A program made the position numbers and the translations under genes. Shown piece after piece: positions 62,787 through 64,000 of a DNA stretch of 64,000 nucleotides. The DNA is taken from the sequence record LR597660; one strand, 5' to 3'. A model generated the notes under the pieces. It ran no database searches and had not been told where the DNA came from. It was given only the letters and a program-made list of their open reading frames with translations. The number at the start of each line of letters is the position of its first letter. The first letter of the stretch is position 1. This DNA is from Escherichia phage T4_ev151.

Positions 62787-63059
62787 TTATTTGTTCGTAT
62801 ACATCTCTAGATATCGATATACACCCTCAAAACCCTCGTTGAATTCGTCGATGAGGGTTTTCTTATCTTCTTGGGTTAATTCAGAAACAATTTTACGGAA
62901 TGAATTCTGATTTAACTTTCTACCTTCATGCGTTACTCCAATCTCATTCAGAAATGCAATAAAATTAGCACGATTCTCAACAATATCTTCTCTGGAAAAT
63001 TTAATCAAAATAGACGCAACAGTAATAATTTCACGAACTGTATCAATATTTTTATTCAT
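62787..63059 (-). CDS. asiA: Anti-sigma70 factor AsiA
   Basis: 90 aa, same length as T4 AsiA; MNKNIDTVREIITVASILIKFSREDIVENRANFIAFLNEIG...; stop abuts the t stop. Confidence 0.93.
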   Translation of the reverse strand: MNKNIDTVREIITVASILIKFSREDIVENRANFIAFLNEIGVTHEGRKLNQNSFRKIVSELTQEDKKTLIDEFNEGFEGVYRYLEMYTNK

Positions 63060-63220
63060 TAACTATACCACTCAATTAGTTGACTTTGTTATAATATCAT
63101 CAGACGCTTGATTTGTAAACTGGTCTGTGGTATTTTCTTCAAAAATTTTTTCTACGAATTCCTTGAACGACTTACGTTCCTGAGCTACATTATGCTCGAT
63201 TACTTTTTCAAGATTATGAC

Positions 63221-63499
63221 TCATTCGAAATAATCTTCAATTTCATAATCAAGAACATAAATCATTATAGTTTTTAATACATCATCAATACTTTTTCCAG
63301 GAGCTGGAATTACGTAAAAATATCCTGCTTTTGAGAGGTCTTTATAAGTTCCAACCAAGAAATCATTATTCTCAAGATGCAGTTCTTCAACTAATTCATT
63401 AACAATTGAGTGGTATAAATTTGGTAGAAACTTATATAGCTTTTCTAGAATATCAATTTTGATTGTGTATTGAACCACAGACTGAGAATCAATAATCAT
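63221..63499 (-). CDS. arn: Arn, anti-restriction protein (inhibitor of McrBC)
   Basis: 92 aa, same length as T4 Arn; acidic; positioned upstream of asiA as in T4. Confidence 0.8.
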   Translation of the reverse strand: MIIDSQSVVQYTIKIDILEKLYKFLPNLYHSIVNELVEELHLENNDFLVGTYKDLSKAGYFYVIPAPGKSIDDVLKTIMIYVLDYEIEDYFE

Positions 63500-63665
63500 A
63501 GACCTTCCCCTTATGTTTCTGTTTGCGATTAGATTCTTTAAACGCTTTCTTCTTATCTTTGTGGACAGAAGCTTTATTAAAATTATGTTTTGCGACTAAA
63601 TTGTTCATAGTGCTGAATTACCTCTCTCAAACATTTGCATGTGAATGAAAACTTTTTAATATTCA

Positions 63666-64000
63666 TTAGTAAAGGTCCTCAGAGTAAAGTTCTTTTTCAT
63701 TACCACCACGTTCAATACGTACTTGTCCAGCGTAAGTTGCAATAATCATTGCTTCTTCACGTGTCCAATAATTACTATATTGGTCAATAAACCCTTGGTC
63801 ATCATCACAAACTTGTTGAGTAACTAATTGAGGTTTAACTACATCTAAAACTTCTGCCATATCTTTAGAATAATGACGAGCACCTGGAATAATAAGAGTT
63901 TGTCCATCTTTTAATTTAAAACGGTTGGCTGCACAGACAATTCGTCGTTGATACTTTTGGTTTTCATCCCAATACGCAGTCTGCCAACAGATTTCAGGAA
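63666..64000 (-). CDS. Hypothetical protein, 5' end beyond the window
   Basis: The minus-strand frame of the 64-aa track ORF stays open upstream to the window edge (...[34 protein letters not shown]...); at least 111 codons are visible. Confidence 0.5.
   Translation of the reverse strand, partial: PEICWQTAYWDENQKYQRRIVCAANRFKLKDGQTLIIPGARHYSKDMAEVLDVVKPQLVTQQVCDDDQGFIDQYSNYWTREEAMIIATYAGQVRIERGGNEKELYSEDLY

Noticed and set aside
62780-62795. Possible terminator between convergent t and asiA
   Set aside because: The two stop codons abut (TAATTA) with no hairpin or T-run; nothing to annotate.

Overview
This window reads as a contiguous segment of a T4-like (T-even, Tequatrovirus-type) myovirus genome. 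Gene order and protein lengths match T4 almost gene for gene: the 3' end of the terminase gene, then late structural genes 18-19-20-67-68-21-22-23-24 (plus strand); rnlB, hoc and inh (minus); a GIY-YIG endonuclease and uvsW (plus); uvsY and baseplate genes 25/26 (minus); hub genes 51-27-28-29-48-54 (plus); a long minus-strand early cluster (alt, DNA ligase 30, 30.x ORFs, rIII, 31, cd, pseT, spanins, alc, rnlA, denA, nrdB, an HNH endonuclease, nrdA, td split by a group I intron carrying I-TevI, frd, 32, 59, 33, dsbA, rnh); then the long tail fibre module 34-35-36-37-38, holin t, asiA and arn. All assignments come from reading the supplied ORF translations and the DNA by eye against recalled T4 biology; no database search was run. 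Several coordinates differ from the ORF track because the track uses TTG/GTG starts where an ATG with a Shine-Dalgarno sequence lies just downstream. Exact TATAAATA late-promoter boxes, sigma70-like early promoters (GTTTACA-N17-TAnnnT), one MotA-box middle promoter (uvsY) and GC-rich tetraloop hairpin terminators are visible. I found no CRISPR array, tRNA or rRNA and no obvious non-phage insertion. The points that differ from what I recall of T4 are: Hoc with five rather than three Ig-like domains, a T2-type gp37/gp38 adhesin module, an extra ORF between frd and td, an intronless nrdB beside an HNH endonuclease, an exactly duplicated 54-bp early promoter cassette, a frameshift-split alt paralogue, and a uvsW/uvsW.1 junction that is one nucleotide from being a single gene. 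I did not find a clearly new multi-gene system; the hypothetical small ORFs in the 30.x, cd.x, pseT.x and frd.x clusters are the least characterised part of the window.
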